This document shows positions 27,548-38,096 of a DNA stretch of 64,000 nt, piece after piece. The notes beneath the pieces are model-generated. The model saw only the letters and a list, made by a program, of their open reading frames with translations, was not told the DNA's origin and did no database searches. This stretch comes from a virus: the IMG/VR virus record IMGVR_UViG_3300013947_000003, positions 32,001 through 96,000 of that record, one strand, 5' to 3'. A program made the position numbers and the translations under genes. Numbering within the stretch: the first letter of the stretch is position 1; every line of letters starts with the position of its first letter.

Positions 27548-27736
27548 ATGGAAAAATGGATAATTAAATTAAGTAATAACGCATTTGCTTATATAGCAAA
27601 TAACACCTTATATATCAAATATAACTTTGAAGAAGCATCTATGTTTGATACTATAGGTGATGCATGGAAAGCTGCAATATTTGTAAACAAATTGCTAAAT
27701 ACAAATGCTGTAGCAGTATCTTACTATGTACATTAA
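27548..27736 (+). CDS. hypothetical protein
   Basis: Track ORF. Confidence 0.5.
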   Translation: MEKWIIKLSNNAFAYIANNTLYIKYNFEEASMFDTIGDAWKAAIFVNKLLNTNAVAVSYYVH

Positions 27737-27937
27737 AGAAAGGAAATTCTATAAATCACTGTTTGGTATATTACTATAAATATACCAGAAGAGTTAACTT
27801 CTTTAAAAAATCTCTAGCAGATAGTTCATGCAGTAAGGTGTGAGGGCTCAACTCCCTAGAAGAAAACATAGTAGAGGAGTTTTCGATAAATTGTTTTAAA
27901 ATCTACTATCTCGAATATTCATTTAAAATTAATATAT

Positions 27938-28129
27938 ATGAAACCTACTAAAAGTCAATTAAAAAGTTTAAATTTTTGTGTTATTACCTTAGGAGAACCT
28001 TTCTATGGTAACATTAATAATAAAGATGAAGTTCAGGAGTATCTAGATGAGCATTTAGAATGGGCTATAGATGCTGCTGAACAAAAAATAGATATAATGA
28101 CTAATTTCTTAAAACAACTAGACAAATGA
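27938..28129 (+). CDS. hypothetical protein
   Basis: Track ORF. Confidence 0.5.
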   Translation: MKPTKSQLKSLNFCVITLGEPFYGNINNKDEVQEYLDEHLEWAIDAAEQKIDIMTNFLKQLDK

Positions 28130-28446
28130 AAAGATGGACAGAAGAGGAAAAAAAAGCCATCATAGATGGGGTTTCCTCACATCCCGAGAATCTAACAAAA
28201 TGTTTTATCACTTTATCTTCACAAATGGATAGAAGCTTCTGTGCAATATGCCAAATGTGGTATCAAATGCAAAATCCAAAAAGTCCTCATTATATAGGAA
28301 CAAGAACTGCATTTGTACTATTAGGCAAAAGCAGTGTCTATAGAGGAAAAGTAAACAGAAACAACTCTAAAGAAACAATTAACGTTAAACCAACACTTTT
28401 ATATAAAGTAATAAATGCAATTAAAAAAATATGGAACCAAAAGTAA
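28126..28446 (+). CDS. Myb/SANT-like DNA-binding protein candidate
   Basis: The MKRWTEEEKKAIIDGV pattern. Track ORF with an ATGA junction. Confidence 0.4.
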   Translation: MKRWTEEEKKAIIDGVSSHPENLTKCFITLSSQMDRSFCAICQMWYQMQNPKSPHYIGTRTAFVLLGKSSVYRGKVNRNNSKETINVKPTLLYKVINAIKKIWNQK

Positions 28447-28820
28447 GTATTACATTTATAGTACCAGGTGCTCAAATGTACTCAGAACAAAAATGTAAAG
28501 ACAACAAAGCATTCGAACAAACAATTGTTAACACAGAATACTACACAGGAAGAGGAAAGGAGAAGAAGAAAAACAAGGAAAAACTTGTTATATATTCTCG
28601 AGGAAACAAGCCTGCAAAACATCATTTGAACATATGTAAAGAAACATACGATCATATGATAATGCCTGAAGGTATTCCTACTATAGAAAACTGGACCAAA
28701 AAACATTCAAGATATGTATGGTCTCAGTATTCTAAACAGCAACGTTTGGAAACACATATAAAACTTATAGCAAAAGAGCTTAATGCTCTTAGCTTTACAT
28801 ATGAAATATTAGATGACTAG
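28431..28820 (+). CDS. hypothetical basic protein
   Basis: Track ORF. Ends in TAG, which overlaps the start of the next gene. Confidence 0.5.
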   Translation: MEPKVSITFIVPGAQMYSEQKCKDNKAFEQTIVNTEYYTGRGKEKKKNKEKLVIYSRGNKPAKHHLNICKETYDHMIMPEGIPTIENWTKKHSRYVWSQYSKQQRLETHIKLIAKELNALSFTYEILDD

Positions 28821-29982
28821 AGAAGAAGTATTAAAAGAGGTATTAAGTTTAGAGGGTAAAAACTTCCTTTTTGAAATGGCTACAGGAGTTGGTAAAACAA
28901 GAATAGCTATAGAAAAGATAAAAACCCTTAATATTAAAACACTGCTTATAGTAGTACCAAGAAATGTTTTAAAACAAACTTGGGAAAATGAGTTTAATAA
29001 GTGGTGGAAAGATAATAATCTTAATATCTCTTTTACTACATATATCTCCTTCCCTAAGTATGCAGGAAAGTGGGATGCAGTTATTTATGATGAATGTCAT
29101 CATCTATCAGAAAGATGCCGTGATGTTCTTCCTAAATTTAACTCTTCCCACTCCCTCTTGCTCTCTGCTACTGTAAACAAGGAACTTAAAAAAGAATTAA
29201 CATATTGTTTTAATCCTTTAGTACAATATAAAATTAATCTTAAAGAAGCAATAGGAGACATATTACCTGATCCTATAGTTTATTTAATTCCTTTAGAATT
29301 AGACAATAAAATAAAGTCTGAAACTATCTATAAGAATAAAAATAAACCCGGTAAAATGATTACTATAGACTATTCTAAAAGATGGGAATATAGGAACATT
29401 AAAACTCCTATAGCCATCAAATGTACTGAGGCACAATATAACTTGGATATAAGTAATCTTATAGATTGGTATAAAACCAAATATATGAATACTCGTAACT
29501 CTGTTATAAAAAACATATGGTTAATGAAATGTAACGAACGCCTTAAATGGCTTAGTACACGTAAAACCACTATAGTATATAACATATTAAAAAAGTTCAA
29601 AAACAAAAGAACTTTAGTATTCTGTAGTAGTATTTTACAAACTGAAGCATTGGGAAAATATTGCATTAACAGCCAAAATAGAAATACATCTAAATATCTA
29701 CAAGACTTTAATGATGGTAAAATAAACCATATTACAGCATGTAATGTGCTTAATGAAGGCGTTAATCTTCATAACTGTCAAATAGGTATATATGCAAATC
29801 TTAATAGTTCTGAAACTATAGTGGCTCAAAGATGTGGTAGACTTCTAAGACATCCTAATCCTATTATTATAATACCTTATTATAAGAATACCAGGGAAGA
29901 GGAGTTAATGAAGAAAATGCTTGAAAACTATAATCCTGAATTAATTAAAACCGTATCATTAGATGACTATCTCAATAAATGA
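28813..29982 (+). CDS. superfamily 2 (DEAH/SNF2-like) helicase
   Basis: Motif I MATGVGKT, motif II DECHH, motif VI QRCGRLLR. Confidence 0.8.
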   Translation: MTREEVLKEVLSLEGKNFLFEMATGVGKTRIAIEKIKTLNIKTLLIVVPRNVLKQTWENEFNKWWKDNNLNISFTTYISFPKYAGKWDAVIYDECHHLSERCRDVLPKFNSSHSLLLSATVNKELKKELTYCFNPLVQYKINLKEAIGDILPDPIVYLIPLELDNKIKSETIYKNKNKPGKMITIDYSKRWEYRNIKTPIAIKCTEAQYNLDISNLIDWYKTKYMNTRNSVIKNIWLMKCNERLKWLSTRKTTIVYNILKKFKNKRTLVFCSSILQTEALGKYCINSQNRNTSKYLQDFNDGKINHITACNVLNEGVNLHNCQIGIYANLNSSETIVAQRCGRLLRHPNPIIIIPYYKNTREEELMKKMLENYNPELIKTVSLDDYLNK

Positions 29983-30556
29983 TAAAGTATGCACAGATAA
30001 TGGCATTACAATGCCTCAATTGCTTGCATTACTTTTAGTAAAAACAGGTGAAAATATTCCTAAACTTCTACAAGATTTAGAGTCTAAAGAAATGATAGTA
30101 AGGGAAACCTCTTTATTAGAAGATAACTATATTATAACACAACGATGGGATAATGTGTGTTGTAATATAATTTTATCTTCTGATAAAGATATTCCCAATG
30201 ACTCTCATATAGAAGAATTAGCAAAAGAGTTAATGGAACTTTTTCCTAAAGGTAAAAAACCGGGAACCAATACTTATTGGAGGGGCAACCTTAAGGATAC
30301 TAAATTAAGACTTAAGAAGTTCTATAAACTATATGGTAATAAATATACTGATAATCAAATACTTGATGCAACTAAAAAGTATATAGGTGATCATGTAGAC
30401 TTATCGTATATGAGAGTACTTAAATACTTCATTTGGAAAGACATTAAAAAAGTAGACTCTGAAGGAATAGGGTATATAGAAGAAACTTCAGATTTAGCCA
30501 GTTACATAGAAAATGAAGGTCAAACTGAAGATAATTGGCTGAATGAAGTAAAATGA
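29963..30556 (+). CDS. hypothetical protein (helicase loader/initiator by position only)
   Basis: Track ORF immediately upstream of the DnaB-like helicase. Confidence 0.4.
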   Translation: MTISINDKVCTDNGITMPQLLALLLVKTGENIPKLLQDLESKEMIVRETSLLEDNYIITQRWDNVCCNIILSSDKDIPNDSHIEELAKELMELFPKGKKPGTNTYWRGNLKDTKLRLKKFYKLYGNKYTDNQILDATKKYIGDHVDLSYMRVLKYFIWKDIKKVDSEGIGYIEETSDLASYIENEGQTEDNWLNEVK

Positions 30557-31737
30557 AACTTAAAGATAGAGTGTTGTTGAATCTTAAAGAGAGAAGGGAA
30601 AGACTATTATCTGGAAAGATTAATAGCATCCCTTCTCCTTTTATAAGATTTAAAGATGATTTTGTTGGTGTGGAACAAGGACGTTATTATTTGGTGACGG
30701 CAGCCACTAAAGCGGGAAAATCACAATTTGCCTCCTTTATGTTCATATACAACACACTACTCTATGCTTACGCTCATCCTGAGCAAGTTAGTGTAAAGAT
30801 TATCTATTATCCTTTAGAAGAAACTCCTGAAAATGTTATGGAGAGGTTTATGAGTTATTTACTATATACACTTTCAGGATTTAAAATAAGGATAAGTCCT
30901 CAGGATTTGAAATCAACTGATAATACTAAACCATTATCTGAAGAAATACTTAATATACTTAATTCAGAAGAATATGGAGAAATACTTCAATTCTTTGAAG
31001 ATAGTATAACTTTCTCATATAGTACAAATGCTACAGGTGTTTGGAAAGAATGTAAAAAGTATGCTGAAGAAAATGGCACAGTACACACTAAACCTATTAA
31101 AATAAAGGATGATTTTGGTCTAACCAAAGAAGTAAATGCATTTGATTATTATGAACCTAATAATCCAAATGAATATAGAATAATCTTTTTTGATCATCTA
31201 AGCTTAATTTCTACAGAAAAAGGAATGGATTTAAGACAATCTATGAGTAAGTTATCAGAATATTTAGTAACTTTGCGCAATAGATATAAATTTACTCCTG
31301 TAGTTATACAACAACAAGCAATGTTTGAAAATACAGATGCATTTAAAATGAATAAACTTACACCTAGCATAACTAACTTAGCTGATAACAAAGCTATAGC
31401 TAGAGATGTAGATGTATGTTTAGCTCTTTTTAGTCCTTTTAGATATGAAATTCCGGAACATCATGGATATAATATAAGGATGTTAAAAGATAATGTACGA
31501 TTTTTAGAAGTATTGCTTAATAGAAGTGGTCAATCAAATGGCGTTGTTGCACTATATTTTGATGGCGCAGTAAATTATTTTGAAGAACTACCTAAAGCTG
31601 ATGATCAAATAGCATTAAATAAAGTATATAAACAAATACAATCAAGAAAAAGTAAATCATTTTTATTAATCACTAAGTATGGCAAACATTTGTATGATAC
31701 TGGGAAAAAGTGGTTCAGGAAAATCCACAAGTATTAA
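30553..31737 (+). CDS. DnaB-like (RecA-fold) replicative helicase
   Basis: Walker A TAATKAGKS, Walker B IIFFDHLSL, RecA-like C-terminal domain pattern. Confidence 0.65.
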   Translation: MKLKDRVLLNLKERRERLLSGKINSIPSPFIRFKDDFVGVEQGRYYLVTAATKAGKSQFASFMFIYNTLLYAYAHPEQVSVKIIYYPLEETPENVMERFMSYLLYTLSGFKIRISPQDLKSTDNTKPLSEEILNILNSEEYGEILQFFEDSITFSYSTNATGVWKECKKYAEENGTVHTKPIKIKDDFGLTKEVNAFDYYEPNNPNEYRIIFFDHLSLISTEKGMDLRQSMSKLSEYLVTLRNRYKFTPVVIQQQAMFENTDAFKMNKLTPSITNLADNKAIARDVDVCLALFSPFRYEIPEHHGYNIRMLKDNVRFLEVLLNRSGQSNGVVALYFDGAVNYFEELPKADDQIALNKVYKQIQSRKSKSFLLITKYGKHLYDTGKKWFRKIHKY

Positions 31738-32359
31738 AACACTTGATCCTAAAGAAACTGTAGTATTTAATGTATTAAAAAAGCGTCTACCTTTTAAAGG
31801 GAGTAGGGCCATCTACAACACAGAGAATAAAAACCTCTTTAATGTAGATGATTATAGCACTATAGTAACATATTTATTAGGCATTAATGATAAAATGCCC
31901 AACGTAAAAAATGTTATTATAGATGACATGACTTATGTTATGCGTAAAGAATATTTTAAAACAGCTAAAATAACAGGCTTTAATAAGTTTGTGGACATAG
32001 CTGCACATTTTCAAAGCATTATTAATACTGCAGAAAATCTTCGTGATGATTTAAATGTATTCCTCATAATGCATAGCGAGGAAATAGTATCGGATGGTAC
32101 TATTATAGGATATAAACCAGCTACTGTAGGTAAACTTATAGACAGTAGTTATAATCCTGTAGAAGTTGTTCCTATGGTATTATTCTCTTCTGTAAAATAT
32201 GACGATAAAGGAAATGCATCATATGGCTTCTATACACATAAATGTATGGAAGGAAATGTAGAAATTCCTGCTAAATCTCCCGATGAGATGTTTACAGAGA
32301 ATTTTATCCCCAATGATTTAGGTTATGTAGTTAAAGCAATGAACGAATATTATAATTAA
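31679..32359 (+). CDS. P-loop ATPase (Sak4/RecA-like)
   Basis: N-terminal Walker A ILGKSGSGKST and Walker B VIIDDMT. Confidence 0.65.
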   Translation: MANICMILGKSGSGKSTSIKTLDPKETVVFNVLKKRLPFKGSRAIYNTENKNLFNVDDYSTIVTYLLGINDKMPNVKNVIIDDMTYVMRKEYFKTAKITGFNKFVDIAAHFQSIINTAENLRDDLNVFLIMHSEEIVSDGTIIGYKPATVGKLIDSSYNPVEVVPMVLFSSVKYDDKGNASYGFYTHKCMEGNVEIPAKSPDEMFTENFIPNDLGYVVKAMNEYYN

Positions 32360-32361
32360 TT

Positions 32362-32736
32362 ATGAAAGAATTAACAACATTTCAAATTGCAGCAGTTAAA
32401 CGTCAATTTAAAAACTCTCTGCCTGCATTAAAAAAGATTGAGTCTATTGATAAAAAGATTCAAGAACTTAAAGAAGAACGTGATATACAGCAAGCTCTAT
32501 TAGAAAATGGAGAAGCCGGTATTAAAATGCTTACAGGAGGTTATAAATCAACTGACCTCATTAGGTGTACCTATGAAACAGTTCTTAATGAAGACGGTAC
32601 TCCTAAAATGAATGGTAAGTATCCTCAAAAGAAGCAAATACTTACTTTTGAGTACCCTGTAGAGACTGTAGAAACATGTGAAACATGTGTAGTAGAACCT
32701 ATTGTAGTAACACCTAATATAGATAATATAGATTAA
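32362..32736 (+). CDS. hypothetical protein
   Basis: Track ORF. Confidence 0.5.
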   Translation: MKELTTFQIAAVKRQFKNSLPALKKIESIDKKIQELKEERDIQQALLENGEAGIKMLTGGYKSTDLIRCTYETVLNEDGTPKMNGKYPQKKQILTFEYPVETVETCETCVVEPIVVTPNIDNID

Positions 32737-32738
32737 TT

Positions 32739-33659
32739 ATGAAAAGCAAAACATTTATGGCATTTGCCAAAGGTACTGACACCTCTAAAACAGTAGAATT
32801 TAATCGTTATTGGGGCATTGCTCCCTGTTTTGTTAAGGCAGTAAATCCTAATAAAGAAGAAATGGAAAAACTATTTAATACCACTATAGAAAATGAGCCT
32901 AGCTATATAAGTGAATTAGATATAGATGGTGAGAAAATCATCAATGCCAGAGTAACTTTTGTAGTACAACCTGATATAGAAGGAGTAGAACCTATTTCTA
33001 TATCCTTCTTTGTAAGGCACCAATATCGCTTTAATCGTGATAAAACTAAAATACAAGTTATAGACAAGTATGCTCGTACAGCATGGGTAACTAAAGAAGA
33101 CCTACAGACTCATAATATACCTATCTATAGTAATGGCAAGCTCGCCAACATAGACAAGGACTATCGTCCGGTATTTGTTGGTGAGGAAAATCTTACTAAG
33201 TTTATGATAGAATATCTTGGTGTTCCCGGCTTAGAGTATTTCCGTGATGGTGAATGGCATAAAAATACCAATTCTGCAGACTGTGAAGCCCGTTTTGATG
33301 GTATTGAAAAGATCTTTACAGGGGATGTCAAAGAAATTAAGGAAATCATTGCACTTCAACCCACAAATAAAGTAAAGATTATGTTTGGTGTACGTAATAC
33401 CAATGATGGTAAACAGTATCAGACATTTTTTAGCGACGGCTTCCGTCGTAATAATTCTCAAAAGAAATCTACCCTTGCATTCTTTGAAAAAGAACTTGAA
33501 GATCGTAAAGCCATTGGTGCTTATAGTACTTCTGAATTTAAAGTAGGTGATTTTGAAAAATATACAGTAGAACCTACAGAAATTAAGCCTAATGACACCA
33601 GTGATCTTCCTTTTGGGGATGATCCATTCTCTACAACTCCTAAAACACCTTGGGAATAA
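32739..33659 (+). CDS. hypothetical protein (ssDNA-binding role possible by position)
   Basis: Track ORF. It has an acidic C-terminal tail DLPFGDDPF, typical of SSB-type proteins. Confidence 0.45.
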   Translation: MKSKTFMAFAKGTDTSKTVEFNRYWGIAPCFVKAVNPNKEEMEKLFNTTIENEPSYISELDIDGEKIINARVTFVVQPDIEGVEPISISFFVRHQYRFNRDKTKIQVIDKYARTAWVTKEDLQTHNIPIYSNGKLANIDKDYRPVFVGEENLTKFMIEYLGVPGLEYFRDGEWHKNTNSADCEARFDGIEKIFTGDVKEIKEIIALQPTNKVKIMFGVRNTNDGKQYQTFFSDGFRRNNSQKKSTLAFFEKELEDRKAIGAYSTSEFKVGDFEKYTVEPTEIKPNDTSDLPFGDDPFSTTPKTPWE

Positions 33660-33662
33660 AAG

Positions 33663-34649
33663 ATGTTTAGCCACGGACAGCCAACTATATCAATAGATGA
33701 TGTTTTAAAACATACTACTGAAGCAGATATTGCTTCAAAGTACCTAGGGATAAATAAAATTCCTACGGTCATTTGTAGTCCTTTAAGAGAAGATAAAAAG
33801 CCTTCCTTTGCAATATATTCTCCTGATGATAAAAGTGTAAACTATCGAGATTTTGCTAATGGGGATAAAGGAACTATTTTTACCTTACTTTCTCATATAT
33901 GGAATACTTCATTTAGAGAAACTCTTAAAAGAATAAATGATGACAATGTTCATAGTTCAATTAGTATTAGGAAAACTATCTCTAAAAACAGCATTATTAG
34001 AAACTCTCGCATAGAACTTTTATGTAAAGTAAGAGAATGGAGAGATTATGATATAGAATATTGGAAGTCTTATGGTGTACCTTTAAAGTGGCTAAAATAT
34101 GCAGATGTATATCCTATATCTCACAAAATAATAAAAAAAAACAATGAGACTTTTATATTTGGTGCAGATAAGTATGCATATGCATTTGCGGAATTTAAAG
34201 AAGGCAAAACAACTTTAAAGATATATCAACCTTTTAATAAACAAGGCTATAAGTGGTCTAATCAACATGATAAAAGTGTAATAAGTTTATGGACTAAAGT
34301 GCCTTCTTTTGGGGATAGAGTATGTATATGCTCCTCCCTAAAAGATGCACTATGTCTATGGGCTAATACAGGAATTCCTTCAATTGCCATTCAAGGAGAA
34401 GGCTATAGTATGAGTAATACTGCAATTAATGAACTCAAAAGGCGTTTTAAACAAGTTTTTATATGTTTGGATAATGATCCTCCGGGCTTGTTAGATGCAC
34501 AAAAGTTAGCTTCAAAAACAGAGTTTATTAATATAGTTCTTCCTAATGAATACAATCAAAAAGACATTTCTGACTTATACAAATATTTAAACAACAAACA
34601 ACTCTTTATTAACATTTTTAAAAAGCTTTTTAATTATGGAACCTCGTAA
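33663..34649 (+). CDS. DNA primase (Toprim domain)
   Basis: The IQGEG acidic motif and the CLDNDPPG DxD motif of Toprim. Confidence 0.65.
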   Translation: MFSHGQPTISIDDVLKHTTEADIASKYLGINKIPTVICSPLREDKKPSFAIYSPDDKSVNYRDFANGDKGTIFTLLSHIWNTSFRETLKRINDDNVHSSISIRKTISKNSIIRNSRIELLCKVREWRDYDIEYWKSYGVPLKWLKYADVYPISHKIIKKNNETFIFGADKYAYAFAEFKEGKTTLKIYQPFNKQGYKWSNQHDKSVISLWTKVPSFGDRVCICSSLKDALCLWANTGIPSIAIQGEGYSMSNTAINELKRRFKQVFICLDNDPPGLLDAQKLASKTEFINIVLPNEYNQKDISDLYKYLNNKQLFINIFKKLFNYGTS

Positions 34650-35232
34650 AATTTATGTAGTAGACACTCGCCGTGAAAAAACAACTATTACAACAGGTGC
34701 AGAAACTCTTGGCGAACTCAAAGAAGCACTTCACAATCACAATATTGAATGTGATGGTATGACATTCTTTGAAGGCTATAGTGCTGTAGAATTAAAGGAC
34801 GACTCTTCACAACTTCCTAAGGATGTAAAGAAGCGTAATGGCGAAACTACGAATGAGCTTCTTATTATGATTACAAATTCCGCTAAAAAGATTAAATCAG
34901 GAATGATGTCTCGTCAAGAGGTTTATAATAAGATTAAAGAATTAAATCTTGCTGCTAAAACACGTGAACACTTTGGTAAACCTTATACACAGATATCTAC
35001 AGCAGAGCTATTAAGCTTTATTGAAGATCAAAAATATCCCGCAGAAAAGTGTGGTTATGCTGAAGATCTTCGTACAGCTTTAGCTCAGCTTACTAATCTT
35101 CTTGTAGAAAAAGAAGTTATTTCTCGTGCAGAAGCAACTGAAGCTATGCGTTCAGTTAAATGTGAATGGGAAGAAAAAGTTGATTTCCCTTCAGATGAAG
35201 AAATCGACGAGATGTTTGCGAAATTTAAATAA
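34636..35232 (+). CDS. hypothetical protein; N-terminal about 88 aa has a beta-grasp (ubiquitin-like) secondary-structure pattern
   Basis: KIYVVD-TRRE-KTTITT-GAETLGELKEALHNHNI-...MTFFEG...ELLIMITNSAKKIKSG. This is pattern only, with no sequence motif. Confidence 0.5.
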   Translation: MEPRKIYVVDTRREKTTITTGAETLGELKEALHNHNIECDGMTFFEGYSAVELKDDSSQLPKDVKKRNGETTNELLIMITNSAKKIKSGMMSRQEVYNKIKELNLAAKTREHFGKPYTQISTAELLSFIEDQKYPAEKCGYAEDLRTALAQLTNLLVEKEVISRAEATEAMRSVKCEWEEKVDFPSDEEIDEMFAKFK

Positions 35233-35248
35233 TTAATTCTATTAAACT

Positions 35249-35294
35249 AAAGGGAGAGTGAGAGTTTCATCATCTTGCTCTCCCTTTATTTTTT
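35249..35294 (+). terminator. rho-independent terminator/attenuator
   Basis: aaagggagag...ctctcccttt, a 10-bp stem followed by a T-rich run. It ends 3 nt before ATG 35298. Confidence 0.65.
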
Positions 35295-35297
35295 ATT

Positions 35298-36314
35298 ATG
35301 GAAAGTATACAGAAAGACATTTGTTCAAGATTTATAGACTTCTTTGGAGAAGACTTTGTTGATGTACAAGAACCAGCTAATACATCTACTATTAAAATAA
35401 TAATATATTTTCCTAAACTAACGGTAACTAATGAGGGTAATGACAGTATTGACATTAAAGATACTTATGTAAGGTTTAGTATATATGATGACGGTTCTAT
35501 AAGCACGCACATTAATGTAGCAAGGGCTTATTATACATATAAACAATATGCCAGTCATTATGTACATAGTCATTGTCCCAGATTTAATACGCCAGGCCAA
35601 TGGTCAGCCTTTTGTTTAGGAACAGGTCCTATAACATTTACTATGTTTAATATTTGTAGAAATATTACAAATGGTAATGTAGATTTAGACCTATATACGC
35701 TCTTTGCAAGTGAGCTAAAACTATTATTAGGAGTGGAGTCTTTAGATGGAGGTCCTTACATAACATTAAGTTCTGTACATAATTATACCGAATATCTGGA
35801 AGAACTACAAATTCAATATAATATAAAGATGAGAGACTCTTTAATGGATGGATTTATAGACTATTTATGTAGAATACAACCATTTGAGTTTAATTTTAAC
35901 GGTTATTATTATGGATTTGCATATAGTACTTCGGATTTAATGATATTAATGGCAAATGAGTTTATAAAGTATTGTAATACCTTTAGCGAGGATAAAAGGC
36001 CTAATATGGATACTTTATTTTCATTAGGAGTTTTGTGTAAAGGATTTAAACGTTCTGGACGTATTTATAAATACACTAACGGAACATTAAGTGTTAATAA
36101 TATACCAAAAGCAACTGCTATTACTTTCAAAGGAAAAGTTGTTCCTTTAATAGTTGAACCTGATAAATCAAATAAAAAGTCCTATATAGTACTTTTAAAT
36201 CCTAGTAAATTTGCATATGTAACAACAACAATATTAGAAAGACTAAATTATGCAGCAACAAGTGGAAATCACCCAGAATCACCAAGTATCACCATACTTA
36301 ATTGTGGGCAGTGA
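35298..36314 (+). CDS. E2 (UBC)-like protein candidate with extra C-terminal domain
   Basis: HYVHSHCPRFNTPGQWSAFCLGTGP resembles the UBC HPN-x(n)-G-x-(I/L)-C-L active-site stretch, preceded by a beta-meander-like region. Motif-level evidence only. Confidence 0.35.
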   Translation: MESIQKDICSRFIDFFGEDFVDVQEPANTSTIKIIIYFPKLTVTNEGNDSIDIKDTYVRFSIYDDGSISTHINVARAYYTYKQYASHYVHSHCPRFNTPGQWSAFCLGTGPITFTMFNICRNITNGNVDLDLYTLFASELKLLLGVESLDGGPYITLSSVHNYTEYLEELQIQYNIKMRDSLMDGFIDYLCRIQPFEFNFNGYYYGFAYSTSDLMILMANEFIKYCNTFSEDKRPNMDTLFSLGVLCKGFKRSGRIYKYTNGTLSVNNIPKATAITFKGKVVPLIVEPDKSNKKSYIVLLNPSKFAYVTTTILERLNYAATSGNHPESPSITILNCGQ

Positions 36315-37299
36315 TGTAGAAAATAAAATAAAATATCTATGTAATAAAATACCCGACACTGAATGGTCAGGAGTATTATTTTACAAAACAAAAGATACTT
36401 ATGAAGAGGGACTTAAAGTTATATGTGTAGATTTATATTTAATGGATATAGGAACTATAACATATACTGAATTTAATACTTCCCCCTCCCTTGCTCATTA
36501 TATTGCAATGAATGATTTGTTTGAATATGAACAAGCGTTAATTCATTCGCATAATCACATGGCTACCTGTCCTAGTGGCACTGATATTGCTACACTAAAA
36601 GAAGAAGGCAGTGAAAGAATACATTTTGTATCATTAATTGTTAATAATGCAGGTACTTATAGTGCGTTTATAACTAGAAAATGTATTACTATTCAAAATA
36701 TTGAAGAAACTGCAAAATACAAAACTTTTGGTGGTGTAGAAGTGGAATCTAAGAATATATATACAAAAGAATTAACTAAAATAGAGTATAGTAAAATGGA
36801 AATTATCAAAGAAGATATAGACTATTCTGAAATTGATTCTAGAATAGCAGAAATACAAGAAGAAAAAAGGAAGCAAGAGGAATTAAGGAAAAAGGAAGAA
36901 ATAAAAAATCCTTTTTATTATCAAAAAATATTTAATTACGAAGAGTATAAAAAGCCTTTAATAAATCTTCCTATTGATGATAAACAAGTACAAAGTATTC
37001 TAAGACAAATAATTACCGGTAGTGTTCTTTCTGCCAATAATATTAAACTGGATTTATATGAATGGGTTCCTAAAATGGAGTCTATATATGATCATAGATT
37101 TAAAACTTTAGATTCCTATAACTGTTGGATAGACAGCTTTTTAGAAGCATTGTTTTCTGAGTATACCGAGGGAGAAGGCTTCTATAAAATAGATGAGGGT
37201 AGAAATCTCGCCGAAAAACTTTATAATGAAATATCTAAGTTTACACCTAATAAATATATTAAAATTATTAAAAACAGTCTTTTATTATGGATGGAGTAA
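36250..37299 (+). CDS. JAB/MPN+ (JAMM) metallopeptidase
   Basis: The conserved Glu (DTEWSGVLF) and the complete JAMM motif HSHNHMATCPSGTD (HxH-x7-S-xx-D). The start is uncertain: it overlaps the upstream gene by 65 nt, with an alternative GTG near 36303. Confidence 0.8.
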   Translation: MQQQVEITQNHQVSPYLIVGSDVENKIKYLCNKIPDTEWSGVLFYKTKDTYEEGLKVICVDLYLMDIGTITYTEFNTSPSLAHYIAMNDLFEYEQALIHSHNHMATCPSGTDIATLKEEGSERIHFVSLIVNNAGTYSAFITRKCITIQNIEETAKYKTFGGVEVESKNIYTKELTKIEYSKMEIIKEDIDYSEIDSRIAEIQEEKRKQEELRKKEEIKNPFYYQKIFNYEEYKKPLINLPIDDKQVQSILRQIITGSVLSANNIKLDLYEWVPKMESIYDHRFKTLDSYNCWIDSFLEALFSEYTEGEGFYKIDEGRNLAEKLYNEISKFTPNKYIKIIKNSLLLWME

Positions 37300-38096
37300 A
37301 TAATATAAGTGAAGATCTAATGGCAGAAATAAATGCTGCTATAGATGCAATAGAACAAGAAGAACAACAGCCTCTTCAAGAGAATTCTGAAACATTATTA
37401 GTAAAAGAGAATACCATTCGTTTTAATAGTGCAGAATGGTTTAATCAGATACAAAAAACATCAGTGGCTATTGCCGGTTGTGGAGGAATCGGCTCTTGGA
37501 CATCATTATTAATAGCCAGATTGAATCCTATATGGATATATCTATTTGATAATGATACTGTGGAAGAGGTTAATCTTGCGGGGCAACTGTTTTCCAATAA
37601 AGATGTAGGAAGGTATAAAACAAACGCCTGTGTTGAGAATATAGCGAATTTTTGCAACTATTCTAAGTTCAATGCCTATAATAGAAGGTTTGAATGTGTC
37701 TCTATAGTGCATTCTAAAAATCTAATTTGTGGCTTTGACAATATGGCTGCTCGTAAAGATGCTTTTAAACAATGGTTTAATGCAAACAATGGAAACTCGG
37801 AAGCTATATTTATAGACGGAAGGCTTAATGCAGAAGATTTTCAGATTTTCTGTATTACAGGAGATAATGAGAGTGCGGCTCATAAATATAGTAAACAGTA
37901 TTTATTTGACGACAAAGATGTTGAGAATGCAGTTTGTTCATACAAACAAACTTCATTTTGTGCTAGTATGATTGCGTCATTAATTACCAATCTGTTCGTT
38001 AATTATGCAGCTAATATAGCCTTAGGAGATTTTAGATGTCTTCCTTTTAAGATATCTTATGATGCAACAACTATGTTATTAAAGACTGAAGTATGA
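37287..38096 (+). CDS. ThiF/MoeB/E1-like adenylyltransferase
   Basis: Rossmann motif AIAGCGGIGS, then LFDNDTVEEVNLAGQ, DVGRYKT and CGFDNMAARK, the ThiF-family adenylation motifs. Confidence 0.8.
   Translation: MDGVNNISEDLMAEINAAIDAIEQEEQQPLQENSETLLVKENTIRFNSAEWFNQIQKTSVAIAGCGGIGSWTSLLIARLNPIWIYLFDNDTVEEVNLAGQLFSNKDVGRYKTNACVENIANFCNYSKFNAYNRRFECVSIVHSKNLICGFDNMAARKDAFKQWFNANNGNSEAIFIDGRLNAEDFQIFCITGDNESAAHKYSKQYLFDDKDVENAVCSYKQTSFCASMIASLITNLFVNYAANIALGDFRCLPFKISYDATTMLLKTEV

Noticed and set aside
33161-33772. Three minus-strand ORFs (33161-33349, 33231-33674, 33521-33772) opposite the replication module. Similar antisense ORFs occur at 38353-38981, 43361-43993, 44166-44474 and 46709-47047.
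   Set aside because: All overlap longer plus-strand genes with clear motifs or coupling. Their composition (Phe/Ile/Leu/Lys-rich) is typical of antisense frames in AT-rich DNA.
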